Part shown: positions 1 to 9,463 of the stretch, in pieces
Layout of the letters: every line of letters starts with the position of its first letter
Position numbering within the stretch: the first letter of the stretch is position 1
Assembly: GCA_044351265.1 (NCBI GenBank)
Contig: JBILGC010000001.1
Coordinates: 30,167 to 94,166 of the forward strand
DNA length: 64,000 bases
Origin: Bacteroidia bacterium
Lineage (GTDB): Bacteria > Bacteroidota > Bacteroidia > UKL13-3
Reading direction: 5' to 3'
The notes under the pieces: model-generated
Databases searched by the model: none
What the model was told of the DNA's origin: nothing
Seen by the model: only the letters and a program-made list of their open reading frames with translations
Translations under genes and position numbers: made by a program

Positions 1-136
1 CCATGATAAGTTCAACAGTGTCGAGCGAATCGGCACCAAGATCATTGGTAAAATTTGATTCGTTAGTGATTTCGCTTTCTTCTACGCCAAGCTTATCCAT
101 AATGATAGCTTTTACTCTTGTTGCGATGTCTGACAT
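1..136 (-). CDS. acpP: acyl carrier protein (N-terminal 45 codons; rest of gene lies beyond window start)
   Basis: Reverse complement from ATG (136-134) reads [45 protein letters not shown]. It contains the GADSLD phosphopantetheine-attachment motif of ACP. It is absent from the ORF track because the window edge truncates it. Confidence 0.85.
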   Translation of the reverse strand, partial: MSDIATRVKAIIMDKLGVEESEITNESNFTNDLGADSLDTVELIM

Positions 137-328
137 TATTGTTTGGTTTAAAAGGTTTTGAGGGTGCAAATAAAGTATTTTTTTAATGAAAAAGGCAAAA
201 GCTTCATTTTTTTGAAAATAATACCCAAAAAGCAGTGTCATTCTTTTAGTACAACATGGGCGTAAGATGCTTGTAAATATTTGGCTACCTGATGCAATTT
301 TCTGCTCCGCAATACTAACCTTTGCGAG

Positions 329-745
329 GTGAAAAAAATATTTCTGGATACCGGTTATGACGATGATTTTCTGCTTTTCGGCATCGTATCGCAGGAAAAA
401 CCTCACCGCATGTCTTGGCTCATCAACAAACACCTCGGTTACCAGTTTGCTTCAGATGATGATCTAGTTATTTATTCAGGAGAAGAGATACAACAACTGC
501 ATCACCGCTATTATTTCACGGATGAAATAAACCACCTCTCATTTTATTTATTACAGAACAGAGATGAATCCTTACTGCTCATGAATGAGTTACGTAATAT
601 TGATTATTTCATTATCATTAAAGGTGGTCTGGAGTTCTTTGAAAAAACTACCTTTACGCGCCTTATTCAGTCGATCCCCGAAGTGCAGCTCATTTCAGAA
701 TTGCAACACAAACATTTAAAACAAAGACAGCATTTGAATTTTTAA
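329..745 (+). CDS. conserved hypothetical protein (possibly IPExxxVDY-family-like; C-terminal [11 protein letters not shown])
   Basis: 138-aa ORF with a GTG start and no overlap with better ORFs. No catalytic motif recognised. The family guess rests only on the IPE motif and the protein size. Confidence 0.6.
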   Translation: MKKIFLDTGYDDDFLLFGIVSQEKPHRMSWLINKHLGYQFASDDDLVIYSGEEIQQLHHRYYFTDEINHLSFYLLQNRDESLLLMNELRNIDYFIIIKGGLEFFEKTTFTRLIQSIPEVQLISELQHKHLKQRQHLNF

Positions 746-750
746 CTTTG
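743..750 (+). promoter_or_regulatory. Bacteroidota -7 promoter box TAACTTTG upstream of pyk
   Basis: Exact TAnnTTTG match. It overlaps the TAA stop of the upstream ORF and ends 5 nt before the pyk ATG (756). Confidence 0.4.
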
Positions 751-755
751 CCGCA

Positions 756-2192
756 ATGAAACAAAATCCGTTTTTCAACCGTACAAAAATTGTTGCCACC
801 ATTGGTCCGGCTACGTCTTCAATAGAAAACCTTTCTGCCATTATTGATGAAGGAGTGGATGTGTGCCGACTCAATTTTTCTCACGGCACCTATGAAGACC
901 ACAAAAAGGTAATAGCCAATATCAATGCCGTTAATGAAAGCAAGGGAACTTTCGTAGCGAAGTTACTTGACCTGCAAGGTCCAAAATTGCGTGTGGGAGA
1001 AATGAAAGATGGAAGAATTACGCTTAAAAAAGATTCCATTATTACAGTAACCACAAAACCCGAAATAGGAACAGAAGACAGAATATCGGTTAAATTTAAC
1101 ACGCTGCCGGCAGATGTAAAACCCGGTGAATTGATTTTGCTGGATGACGGAAAGCTGCAGCTTGAAGTTCTCTCAAGCAATGGCGTGGATGAAATAAAAT
1201 GTAAAGTAACTTTTGGCGGAGCGCTTTCTTCTAAAAAAGGATTTAACCTGCCACATACCAATTTATCTATTCCGGCATTAACTGAAAAAGACCGAGCCGA
1301 TTTATTGTTTGGTATAGAACAAAAAGTGGATTGGATTGGGCTTTCTTTTGTGCGCAAGGCAGAAGACATTATTGAGCTTAAACAGATTATTGATCAGTAC
1401 GAATGGAAACCACGTGTAATTGCCAAAATTGAAAAGCCTGAAGCAGTTAAAAATCTTGATGAAATTTTAGAGGTAACTGACGGGGTGATGGTAGCTCGCG
1501 GTGATTTGGGTGTAGAAATGCCAATGGCGCAGGTGCCCATTATTCAGAAGATGATTGTGAAGAAGTGTATTGAAAAAGGCAAGCCCGTAATTATTGCAAC
1601 CCAGATGATGGAAAGCATGATTCAAAGCCCCTCGCCTACGCGCGCAGAGTTAAATGATATTGCCAATGCGGTAATGGATGGAGCAGATGCAGTAATGCTT
1701 AGTGCAGAAACTTCTGTTGGCGCATATCCGGTTCTTGCCGTTAAATACATGCGCGAAACCATTACGGAAGCTGAAAAAACCAATGCGCCATTTTTTAAAG
1801 GTAAAAGGCCGACAGAACAATCACCTACATTTTTAAGTGATGAAATTTGCTTTACAGCCGTGCGCATTTCAGACCACCTTAAAGCTGCAGCCATTGTAAG
1901 TATGACTTTCTCCGGCTATACTGCTTATAAAATTTCTTCCTTCAGGCCCAGGGCAACCATTTTTATCTTTACAAGTAATGTACGTCTCATTTCCACCCTC
2001 AATCTGGTTTGGGGGGTGCGTGCATTCTATTATAAGGGGTTTGATAGCACCGATCATTCCATACAAACGGTTAATGATGCATTGGTTGAAATGGGATTTA
2101 TAAAAAAAGGTGATTTGGTTATTAATACGGCAAGTATGCCTATTAAAGAAAGGGCAAGAACAAATGCACTTAAAATTACTGAAATAAAGTAG
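756..2192 (+). CDS. pyk: pyruvate kinase
   Basis: 478 aa. Contains TKIVATIGPA, CRLNFSHG and MVARGDLGVEMP motifs and full-length pyruvate kinase architecture. Confidence 0.96.
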   Translation: MKQNPFFNRTKIVATIGPATSSIENLSAIIDEGVDVCRLNFSHGTYEDHKKVIANINAVNESKGTFVAKLLDLQGPKLRVGEMKDGRITLKKDSIITVTTKPEIGTEDRISVKFNTLPADVKPGELILLDDGKLQLEVLSSNGVDEIKCKVTFGGALSSKKGFNLPHTNLSIPALTEKDRADLLFGIEQKVDWIGLSFVRKAEDIIELKQIIDQYEWKPRVIAKIEKPEAVKNLDEILEVTDGVMVARGDLGVEMPMAQVPIIQKMIVKKCIEKGKPVIIATQMMESMIQSPSPTRAELNDIANAVMDGADAVMLSAETSVGAYPVLAVKYMRETITEAEKTNAPFFKGKRPTEQSPTFLSDEICFTAVRISDHLKAAAIVSMTFSGYTAYKISSFRPRATIFIFTSNVRLISTLNLVWGVRAFYYKGFDSTDHSIQTVNDALVEMGFIKKGDLVINTASMPIKERARTNALKITEIK

Positions 2193-2668
2193 TGAAAATC
2201 TTCGTCCCGTGTTTGCTGCTTATCTGGTGCGCAACCGCATTTCAGGCGGCCGGTCAATGGGGAGGATGTATTGATTCATTAAGCATTAGTCCCGGCTTTC
2301 CATGCCCAACAGAATTCAGACCTGTTTGCGGATGTGACAATAAAACATACAGAAATGTTTGCGATGCTCAACTAAGAAACGGGGTACGAACTTATACCGA
2401 TGGCTCCTGCACAGGATACGAGATAGACATACTACCTACTTATGCCCAAGCAAGCGTTACTTTTACTATACAGCAGAGCACTCCAAAGTTTTCCAGGCTG
2501 TTTGTTTTTGATATTTGGGGGCGCCTATGGATAGAGCAGGAACTCACCGCTGCACCTTGGTTTTCTTTTGATATCAATATCAGCTACTTAACCATAGGAA
2601 GTTATATTGTATATGTATACAATTCAGATGGTGTTTTTAGAGCCAAAAGATTTGTTAAAATACTTTAA
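2192..2668 (+). CDS. small secreted Kazal-type domain protein with probable T9SS C-terminal domain
   Basis: The GTG start overlaps the pyk stop by 1 nt. Signal peptide MKIFVPCLLLIWCATAFQAAG. The CPTEFRPVCGCDNKTYRNVCDAQLRNGVRTYTDGSC stretch matches the Kazal PVCG-x-D-x-x-TY-x-N-x-C pattern. The C-terminal tail GSYIVYVYNSDGVFRAKRFVKIL resembles a T9SS sorting domain. Confidence 0.7.
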   Translation: MKIFVPCLLLIWCATAFQAAGQWGGCIDSLSISPGFPCPTEFRPVCGCDNKTYRNVCDAQLRNGVRTYTDGSCTGYEIDILPTYAQASVTFTIQQSTPKFSRLFVFDIWGRLWIEQELTAAPWFSFDINISYLTIGSYIVYVYNSDGVFRAKRFVKIL

Positions 2669-2781
2669 GCGGACAAGGCTTTAACAACCTCACGCAATCA
2701 TCTGATAATCAATTAGGGCAATAAAAAACCCCGTGATTTATCTTTTTTTCACAATTAGTTGTGAATTACAAAACCTTGCCA

Positions 2782-2789
2782 TATTTTTG
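2782..2789 (+). promoter_or_regulatory. -7 promoter box TATTTTTG upstream of rplM
   Basis: Exact TAnnTTTG, with TTG at 2758-2760 as a possible -33 element. It lies inside the longer ORF-track reading frame, which supports the shorter rplM start. Confidence 0.45.
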
Positions 2790-2826
2790 CCACCCCTTAA
2801 ACAAAACCGAATTAATATTATCTATT

Positions 2827-3270
2827 GTGGATACTTTAAGTTATAAAACAATTTCAGCCAACAGCGCCACCGTTAAAAAAGAGTGGTTCATTGTTGATGC
2901 AGAAGGCCAGACATTAGGCCGTTTTGCTAGTAAAGTGGCAAACATTTTAAGAGGCAAGCACAAGCCTGATTTTACTCCCCACGTAGATTGCGGAGATAAC
3001 GTGATTATTATCAATGCTGATAAAATCCGTTTTACCGGCAACAAGCGTGATGAGAAGGAATATGTATTTTACTCCGGCTATCCGGGTGGACAACGCTTTG
3101 AAACAGCCAAAAACCTGTTGGAAAGAAGACCAACCTATGTTGTGGAGCATGCTATTGATGGTATGTTGCCAAACAATAAATTAGGTCGTGAAATTTTCAG
3201 AAACCTATATGTTTATGCGGGTTCTGAGCATCCACACGCTGCACAACAGCCTAAACCTTTAAAATTCTAA
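2827..3270 (+). CDS. rplM: 50S ribosomal protein L13
   Basis: The ORF-track start (2761) is trimmed to GTG 2827, giving 147 aa, the typical L13 length. KEWFIVDAEGQTLGRFASKVANILRGKHKP is the canonical L13 N-terminus. Confidence 0.93.
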   Translation: MDTLSYKTISANSATVKKEWFIVDAEGQTLGRFASKVANILRGKHKPDFTPHVDCGDNVIIINADKIRFTGNKRDEKEYVFYSGYPGGQRFETAKNLLERRPTYVVEHAIDGMLPNNKLGREIFRNLYVYAGSEHPHAAQQPKPLKF

Positions 3271-3273
3271 TCA

Positions 3274-3660
3274 ATGGAAGCGATAAACGCATTAGGAAGA
3301 AGAAAAACATCTGTTGCCCGCATATATATGGTTGCCGGAACAGGTAAAATTACAGTGAACGGAAAAGAAGCAAACGTGTTTTTTCCCACTGTATTGCTAC
3401 AAAATAGCGTAAACAAACCTTTTGAAGTAACCGGTACTGCCGGTCAGTTTGATGTTACATGCAATGTTGATGGCGGTGGTGTTACCGGCCAATCAGATGC
3501 AGTAAAACTGGCTATTGCACGTGCATTGGTAAAATACAACGCAGAACTGAAGCCGGCAATGAAAGCTGTTGGTTTACTTACCCGCGACCCACGTATGGTT
3601 GAGCGTAAGAAACCAGGTCAGAAAAAAGCCCGTAGACGCTTCCAGTTTGTTAAACGTTAA
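3274..3660 (+). CDS. rpsI: 30S ribosomal protein S9
   Basis: 128 aa. GRRKTSVARI N-terminus and the RDPRMVERKKPGQKKARRRFQFVKR C-terminal tail are typical of S9. The rplM-rpsI operon order is conserved. Confidence 0.96.
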   Translation: MEAINALGRRKTSVARIYMVAGTGKITVNGKEANVFFPTVLLQNSVNKPFEVTGTAGQFDVTCNVDGGGVTGQSDAVKLAIARALVKYNAELKPAMKAVGLLTRDPRMVERKKPGQKKARRRFQFVKR

Positions 3661-3697
3661 TCTCAATTTTTTAACGAATCATATACACTTAATCTAA

Positions 3698-4438
3698 ATG
3701 GTAAAACAGGAAGAATTATTGGAAGCGGGTGTTCACTTTGGACACTTAACCCGCAAATGGAATCCGAAAATGGCCCCATATATTTTTATGGAAAAGAACG
3801 GAATCCACCTCATCGATTTAAACAAAACAGCAGTTAAGCTGGATGAGGCCGCAGCAGCCATTAAAAACATTGTAAAATCAGGGCGCAAGGTGCTTTTCGT
3901 GGCTACAAAAAAACAAGCCAAGGAAATTATTGAAAATGAAGCAGCACGCGTAAACATGCCTTTTGTAACTGAGCGTTGGCTTGGCGGTATGTTAACCAAC
4001 TTTGCTACCGTGCGTAAATCCATTAAAAAACTCCAAGCTTTGGAGAAAATGGCTACAGACGGAACTTACGAGAACATCAACAAAAAAGAACGTTTGATGG
4101 TAGAGCGTGAGAAAGTAAAGCTGAAAAGATTACTCGGTGGTATTGCCGATTTAAATCGCCTACCTGCTGCCTTATTTATTATAGACATTAAGCGTGAGCA
4201 TATATCTGTTGCCGAAGCGCACAAGTTAAACATCCCTACTTTTGGCATTGTAGATACCAATTCTGATCCAACTGTAGTGGATTACCCGATTCCGGCAAAC
4301 GATGATGCTGCCAAATCAATTGCACTCATATCACGTGTGATTACAGATGCAATTGTAGAAGGTTTAGCTGAACGCAAACGCGAAAAGGAAACAGAAGCAG
4401 ACAGCAAAGAAGCAGTAGCTGAAAGAGAAGAAGCATAA
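3698..4438 (+). CDS. rpsB: 30S ribosomal protein S2
   Basis: 246 aa. Contains [19 protein letters not shown] and [11 protein letters not shown] motifs. Confidence 0.96.
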   Translation: MVKQEELLEAGVHFGHLTRKWNPKMAPYIFMEKNGIHLIDLNKTAVKLDEAAAAIKNIVKSGRKVLFVATKKQAKEIIENEAARVNMPFVTERWLGGMLTNFATVRKSIKKLQALEKMATDGTYENINKKERLMVEREKVKLKRLLGGIADLNRLPAALFIIDIKREHISVAEAHKLNIPTFGIVDTNSDPTVVDYPIPANDDAAKSIALISRVITDAIVEGLAERKREKETEADSKEAVAEREEA

Positions 4439-4448
4439 GCATTAAAAG

Positions 4449-4472
4449 AATCGGCTGCGTGCCGATTTTTTT
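4449..4472 (+). terminator. rho-independent terminator after rpsB
   Basis: Stem aatcggc / gccgatt with a 5-nt loop, followed by a T run. Confidence 0.6.
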
Positions 4473-4526
4473 ACATACTTCTCATTAATTAATCATTTAA
4501 TAATCAATATTTAACCAAAATATACT

Positions 4527-5360
4527 ATGACTACTATCAGTGCAGCTGATGTAAATAAGCTCCGCCAAATGACAGGAGCCGGAATGATGGATTGTAAGAA
4601 AGCCCTAACCGAAGCCAATGGCGATTTTGAAGCCGCTATTGATAATCTTCGTAAGAAAGGTGCAAAGGTTTCTGCGGCACGTGCCGACCGTGAAGCAAAA
4701 GAAGGTGCAGTTATTGCTAAAACAACAGCTGACAGAAAAACCGGTGTGATTGTCCAGCTAAGCTGCGAAACAGATTTTGTTGCCAAGAACGAAGATTTTG
4801 TAAAATTTGCCAACGCTATTGCAGACCTCGCTTTGGCTAATAAACCTGCTAACGCTGATGCATTAAGGGCATTGCCTTTTGATGGCGCAACACTTGCTGA
4901 GCGCATAACAGATCAGGTTGGTAAGATTGGTGAGAAAATTGACGTGGTGCGTTATGAACTGATGAACGGTGAAAACATTGTTCCTTATATACATGGTGCA
5001 AACCGTTTGGGCGTATTGGTTTCTTTAAGCAGCGCACCAAGTGATGCAAATTTTGTAGCTGGTAAAGATGTGGCTATGCAAGTGGCCGCTCTCAATCCTG
5101 TTGCGGTTGACAAAGATGATGTAGACCCAACTGTTGTTGCACGTGAAATAGAAATTGGCAAAGAACAAGCCCGTGCCGAAGGTAAACCGGAAGCTATGCT
5201 TGAAAAAATTGCTCAGGGTAAATTGGGTAAGTTCTATAAAGAATCAACCCTAATGAATCAGGAATTCGTTAAAGACAATTCCAAGAGCATAGGCCAAATG
5301 CTGGAAGGCATTGAAAAAGGATTGGTTGTAAAAGCGTTCAAACGTGTAGCTTTAGGCTAA
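4527..5360 (+). CDS. tsf: translation elongation factor Ts
   Basis: 277 aa. N-terminal VNKLRQMTGAGMMDCKKALTEANGD (UBA-like EF-Ts signature). rpsB-tsf synteny. Confidence 0.96.
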   Translation: MTTISAADVNKLRQMTGAGMMDCKKALTEANGDFEAAIDNLRKKGAKVSAARADREAKEGAVIAKTTADRKTGVIVQLSCETDFVAKNEDFVKFANAIADLALANKPANADALRALPFDGATLAERITDQVGKIGEKIDVVRYELMNGENIVPYIHGANRLGVLVSLSSAPSDANFVAGKDVAMQVAALNPVAVDKDDVDPTVVAREIEIGKEQARAEGKPEAMLEKIAQGKLGKFYKESTLMNQEFVKDNSKSIGQMLEGIEKGLVVKAFKRVALG

Positions 5361-5376
5361 TTCAAATAAAATTTTA

Positions 5377-5405
5377 ATCCCCCGCTAATCGGGGGATTTT
5401 TTTTG
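5377..5405 (+). terminator. rho-independent terminator after tsf
   Basis: atccccc-gctaatc-gggggat hairpin followed by TTTTTTTT. Confidence 0.8.
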
Positions 5406-5435
5406 CCGTATACTTGTACAATTTAATTTAAACCC

Positions 5436-6143
5436 ATGAAGTATAAACGCGTACTCCTAAAACTCAGCGGTGAATCGCTGATGGGCAATCAACAATATGG
5501 TATTGACCCTAAAATATTAGAACAATATGCAAACGATGTAAAGCAGGTGCTTGATAAAGGCGTGCAAGTTGCTATTGTTATCGGGGGTGGTAATATCTTC
5601 AGAGGTGTACAAGGCGTTTCGGGTGGCATTGCCGACAGAGCACAAGCTGATTACATGGGCATGCTGGCTACTGTAATTAATGCAATGGCATTGCAGGGAG
5701 CATTGGAAAAAATTGGTATTAAAACACGCTTATTAAGTGCCATTAAAATGGAACAAATCTGCGAACCGTTTATACGCAGAAGAGCAATGCGCCATTTGGA
5801 AAAAGGCCGTGTAGTAATTTTTGGTGCAGGTACTGGTAACCCTTACTTTACAACAGATACTGCTGCCTCTTTAAGAGCAGTGGAAATAGAAGCCAACCTG
5901 GTGCTTAAAGGTACACGTGTGGATGGCATTTATACAGCCGATCCTGAAAAAGATAAAAATGCCAAGCGTTTTGATACAATTAGTTTCAATGAAGTATATG
6001 AGCGCGGCCTGAATGTGATGGACCTTACTGCCATTACCTTGTGTCAGGAAAACCATATGCCCATCATGGTATTTGATATGAATAAAAAAGGCAACTTCCT
6101 TAAAGCATGCGAGGGTAAAAAAGTAGGTACCCTGGTAAGCTAA
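5436..6143 (+). CDS. pyrH: UMP kinase
   Basis: 235 aa. Contains [18 protein letters not shown] and TTDTAA motifs. tsf-pyrH-frr synteny. Confidence 0.96.
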   Translation: MKYKRVLLKLSGESLMGNQQYGIDPKILEQYANDVKQVLDKGVQVAIVIGGGNIFRGVQGVSGGIADRAQADYMGMLATVINAMALQGALEKIGIKTRLLSAIKMEQICEPFIRRRAMRHLEKGRVVIFGAGTGNPYFTTDTAASLRAVEIEANLVLKGTRVDGIYTADPEKDKNAKRFDTISFNEVYERGLNVMDLTAITLCQENHMPIMVFDMNKKGNFLKACEGKKVGTLVS

Positions 6144-6210
6144 TTTTTTTCATCTCTTTTCCTATTTTCTTTTTCACTATTTTCGAATCCCTTATTAAAA
6201 GCAAATCACT

Positions 6211-6777
6211 ATGAGCGACCCACGTTTAAAAGAAGTATTTGATAATTTAAAATCGGCCATGGAAAGGGCCATTGATCATGCTGCATCAGAGTTTGCAAAA
6301 ATTCGTGCAGGCAAAGCGCATCCAAGTATGGTAGATGCCGTAAAAGTAGACTACTATGGCAGTTTGGTGCCTTTGAATCAGGTAGCCAATGTTAGCACAC
6401 CTGATGCAAAATCAATTGTAATACAACCATGGGAAAAAGCTATGATTCAACCCATTGAAAAAGGTATTGTAATTGCAAACCTTGGGCTACAGCCTAGCAA
6501 TGATGGCAATATTGTGCGTATCACCCTTCCTCCTTTAACCGAAGAGCGCAGAAAAGAAACCGTGAAAAAAGTGAAAGGTGAAGCAGAGCATGCCAAGGTA
6601 GCCATTCGCAATATTCGTAAAGATGCTAATGAGGCCGCAAAGAAACTTCAAAAAGAAGGCTTGGCAGAGGATGAAGCAAAAGCAGCTGAAACACAGATTC
6701 AGAAAACAACTGATATTTACATTAAAAAGATTGACGACATCACAGCAGCAAAAGAAGCTGAATTGATGCACGTTTAA
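6211..6777 (+). CDS. frr: ribosome recycling factor
   Basis: 188 aa. Has an RRF-like heptad-rich C-terminus and IRAGKAHPSMVD and LPPLTEERRKE motifs. Confidence 0.95.
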   Translation: MSDPRLKEVFDNLKSAMERAIDHAASEFAKIRAGKAHPSMVDAVKVDYYGSLVPLNQVANVSTPDAKSIVIQPWEKAMIQPIEKGIVIANLGLQPSNDGNIVRITLPPLTEERRKETVKKVKGEAEHAKVAIRNIRKDANEAAKKLQKEGLAEDEAKAAETQIQKTTDIYIKKIDDITAAKEAELMHV

Positions 6778-6795
6778 GTTTTCTGCACAACATTT

Positions 6796-8796
6796 ATGGC
6801 TAATGCCTTAAACGTAAAAAAACTATTTAAAACACTGGCCTTTACTGCCGGTGTTTTTTTGCTTTTAGCTATTGTGGCATTCTTTGCATTACGCAATTAT
6901 GCATTACGTAAGTTGCTTGATAAAGCTGCTGTTAAATTACAAACCACTTATCAAACAAAATTAACCTATAGCCATGCTGCATTTACCGGACTGGCAGGTG
7001 TTCAGATTGAAAACTTTTGTTTAGTACCCAACCAAATGGATACCTTGCTGTATGCCCAAAATATACAAAGCAGCATTAGGCTGGGGCATGCGCTGCTGCT
7101 TGATTTTAGGATAAGGGATGTGTTGGTTGAGAATGGCCTAATACAATTGGTTAAAACAGATTCAGTAACCAATATTGATTATTTTCTGCATCCTGAAAAA
7201 ACCGAAGATGCAGCCACTGCCGAAGACGCAGCTTCGGATAAGCAATCAAATTATGCAAAAACTGTTTACAAACTTATTTCTAGAATCCTATCACAGGTGC
7301 CCAGTCATTTGTTATTGCAGGCATGTGAACTGAGGTTTAAAGAAAATGAGCAAACCGTTTCATTTAATGTGCACCAGCTGCAATTGGCAGATGAAGCCCT
7401 GAAGTCAGATATTGTTGTAAGCGCAAAAGACTTTAAACAACATTGGGTGCTTCAGGGAAAAACCATACCAAAAGATAAAAAGGCAGATGTTGAGTTATTC
7501 AATAAAGATACCGGAGGCATACGAATTCCTTATATTTCTGATAAATTTAATTTGCACACCGGATTTGATTCCATACGCTTTACACTGGCATCCGTAACAC
7601 TTGATGATGATGTGCTCCATATAAATGGCTCTGCATCCATTAGTCGTTTTCTAATCAATCATCCTAAAATATCAAAGCGTGATGTGGTAATTGATCATGC
7701 GGCAATTCAATATCAAGTAAAAGTAGGTGCAACATTTATAGGTTTGGACAGCAGCTCTGCGATACGCTTTAACGAGGTTAACTTTCATCCATTTATTCAA
7801 TTTGAAAATCGTCCTGATACCATTGTTCGCATGGGAATACGGATACCCAAAATGCCAGCTCAGCAATTTATCTCATCTTTACCTGAAGGATTGTTCAAGC
7901 ATTTTCAAGGAATGTTGGCCGAAGGTGAATTTGATTACCGGATGGATTTTGTTTACAATGAAAACAAGCCAACAGATCTGCTTTTTGAAAGCAACTTGAA
8001 TAAGTATGGTCTTTTCATTAAGCAATATGGAGAAGCGAACCTGAATAAGCTTAATAATGAGTTTGTGCACGTGCCTATTGAAAACGGAAGACCCATGAGG
8101 CCTATTTTAGTTGGCATTGCCAATCCGATTTATACACCACTTAATCAAATATCGCCTTACCTGAAAAAATCTGTACTCACTACAGAGGACCCTTCATTCT
8201 TTTACCACCGTGGATTTATAGATGAGGCCTTTCGTCAATCTATTATCAAAAATATTCGAAAAAGGAAATTTGCAAGAGGTGCCAGCACGATTAGCATGCA
8301 GTTGGTTAAAAATGTATTCTTAACAAGAGAAAAAACATTGTCTCGCAAGTTGGAAGAAATACTACTGGTATACATTCTAGAAAACAACCGACTGTGTAGC
8401 AAAGAGCGTATGTTTGAGGTTTATTTAAACATCATTGAGTGGGGGCCCAATGTATATGGTATTGGTGAGGCTTCACGTTTTTACTTTAATAAAAAACCTT
8501 CGGAGTTAACCCTTGGAGAGAGTTTGTTTTTAGCAACCATTATTCCTCGGCCTAAAGGCTTTATGTGGCGTTTTGATAAACAAGGAAACCTGAAAGATTT
8601 TGTGGGCAGGCAATTTAAATTCTTGTCTGACTTAATGATTAGGCGCACCGTTTTAATGCCCGAAGACACCATGAATCTTACACACCTCTTCCCTATACCG
8701 GGTAAGGCAAAAGAGTTTATAAAACTGGCACCGGATACCAATCTAATTGATACGATTATGAGCCCGGATGGTATTCTTGGTGATGATGCAGATTAA
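6796..8796 (+). CDS. membrane-anchored peptidoglycan glycosyltransferase (GT51 transglycosylase domain) with ~430-aa N-terminal domain of unknown function
   Basis: N-terminal TM helix (LAFTAGVFLLLAIVAFFAL). The C-terminal third carries GT51 motifs EDPSFFYHRGF and RGASTISMQLVKNVFL. No transpeptidase domain. Confidence 0.85.
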   Translation: MANALNVKKLFKTLAFTAGVFLLLAIVAFFALRNYALRKLLDKAAVKLQTTYQTKLTYSHAAFTGLAGVQIENFCLVPNQMDTLLYAQNIQSSIRLGHALLLDFRIRDVLVENGLIQLVKTDSVTNIDYFLHPEKTEDAATAEDAASDKQSNYAKTVYKLISRILSQVPSHLLLQACELRFKENEQTVSFNVHQLQLADEALKSDIVVSAKDFKQHWVLQGKTIPKDKKADVELFNKDTGGIRIPYISDKFNLHTGFDSIRFTLASVTLDDDVLHINGSASISRFLINHPKISKRDVVIDHAAIQYQVKVGATFIGLDSSSAIRFNEVNFHPFIQFENRPDTIVRMGIRIPKMPAQQFISSLPEGLFKHFQGMLAEGEFDYRMDFVYNENKPTDLLFESNLNKYGLFIKQYGEANLNKLNNEFVHVPIENGRPMRPILVGIANPIYTPLNQISPYLKKSVLTTEDPSFFYHRGFIDEAFRQSIIKNIRKRKFARGASTISMQLVKNVFLTREKTLSRKLEEILLVYILENNRLCSKERMFEVYLNIIEWGPNVYGIGEASRFYFNKKPSELTLGESLFLATIIPRPKGFMWRFDKQGNLKDFVGRQFKFLSDLMIRRTVLMPEDTMNLTHLFPIPGKAKEFIKLAPDTNLIDTIMSPDGILGDDAD

Positions 8797-8874
8797 ACAT
8801 AAAACAACTTGATCACTCACCCGCTAAAGCGAGCTTACTAGAGCACTTGAGAGGAGGATTAAAAGTATACAAAA

Positions 8875-9435
8875 TCATTTTCCCGACCTTAACCTGCTTA
8901 AGGTTTCCTGCTTCATTCCAAGATAAGTTGCTATCTTTCCCAGTGGAGCACGGTTAAATACCTCAGGGCGTTTGTTAAATAATATATCATAGCGCTCCTT
9001 GGCTGTTTTAAATTGAATAGAAATTAAGCGTTCCTCAAGTCTGGAATAATAGTTCTTTAAAATTAAGCGTCCGGCTTTTTCTGTCTCAGGAAACCTTTTA
9101 TACAATTCCTGTATATTATCATAGCTTATAGACTGAACTGTACAATTCTCGAACGCTACAATGGTTTCATATGAGGGCTCACGCGAGATAAAGCTGTAAT
9201 AACAAGTAGCCATATCCTCTTCCATGGCAATCCAATTACATACTTCCTGATCATCGATTACATAGTAACTGCCTACCATTCCATTTACTACATAATATAA
9301 ATGATTACATGTTTTGCCTTCGTTAAGTATTATCTCATTTTTCTTAAATACAAAATTCTCTGTGCATTGCTTTAGCCAATTTAGTGCAGCCTCACTGATG
9401 GGGGTTAGTTTACTTATATGATTAATGAGACTCAT
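8875..9435 (-). CDS. Crp/Fnr-family transcriptional regulator (cNMP-binding domain plus C-terminal HTH)
   Basis: Start trimmed to ATG 9435 (MSLINHISKL), giving 186 aa. Beta-roll region ILNEGKTCNHLYYVVNGMVGSY. C-terminal HTH IATYLGMKQETLSRLR. Confidence 0.85.
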   Translation of the reverse strand: MSLINHISKLTPISEAALNWLKQCTENFVFKKNEIILNEGKTCNHLYYVVNGMVGSYYVIDDQEVCNWIAMEEDMATCYYSFISREPSYETIVAFENCTVQSISYDNIQELYKRFPETEKAGRLILKNYYSRLEERLISIQFKTAKERYDILFNKRPEVFNRAPLGKIATYLGMKQETLSRLRSGK

Positions 9436-9463
9436 AATATTTATAAAGATATTAATCCTACAG

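Noticed and set aside
890-2257. Minus-strand ORFs (159, 90, 65 and 67 aa) inside pyk, and similar short antisense or out-of-frame ORFs inside tsf, ftsH, metG, purL, gap, the LTD gene and others
   Set aside because: They are fully embedded in strongly supported conserved genes and have no motifs. They are typical shadow ORFs.
2761-2826. Longer N-terminal extensions offered by the ORF track for rplM (2761), Crp (9504), desaturase (10093), metG (14814), endonuclease (41521), the 19235 ORF, TPR (46862) and PPIase (59053)
   Set aside because: The extensions add non-conserved residues ahead of canonical N-termini or signal peptides. In several cases they contain the gene's own TAnnTTTG promoter box or overlap the neighbouring gene. 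Internal ATG/GTG starts give family-typical lengths.
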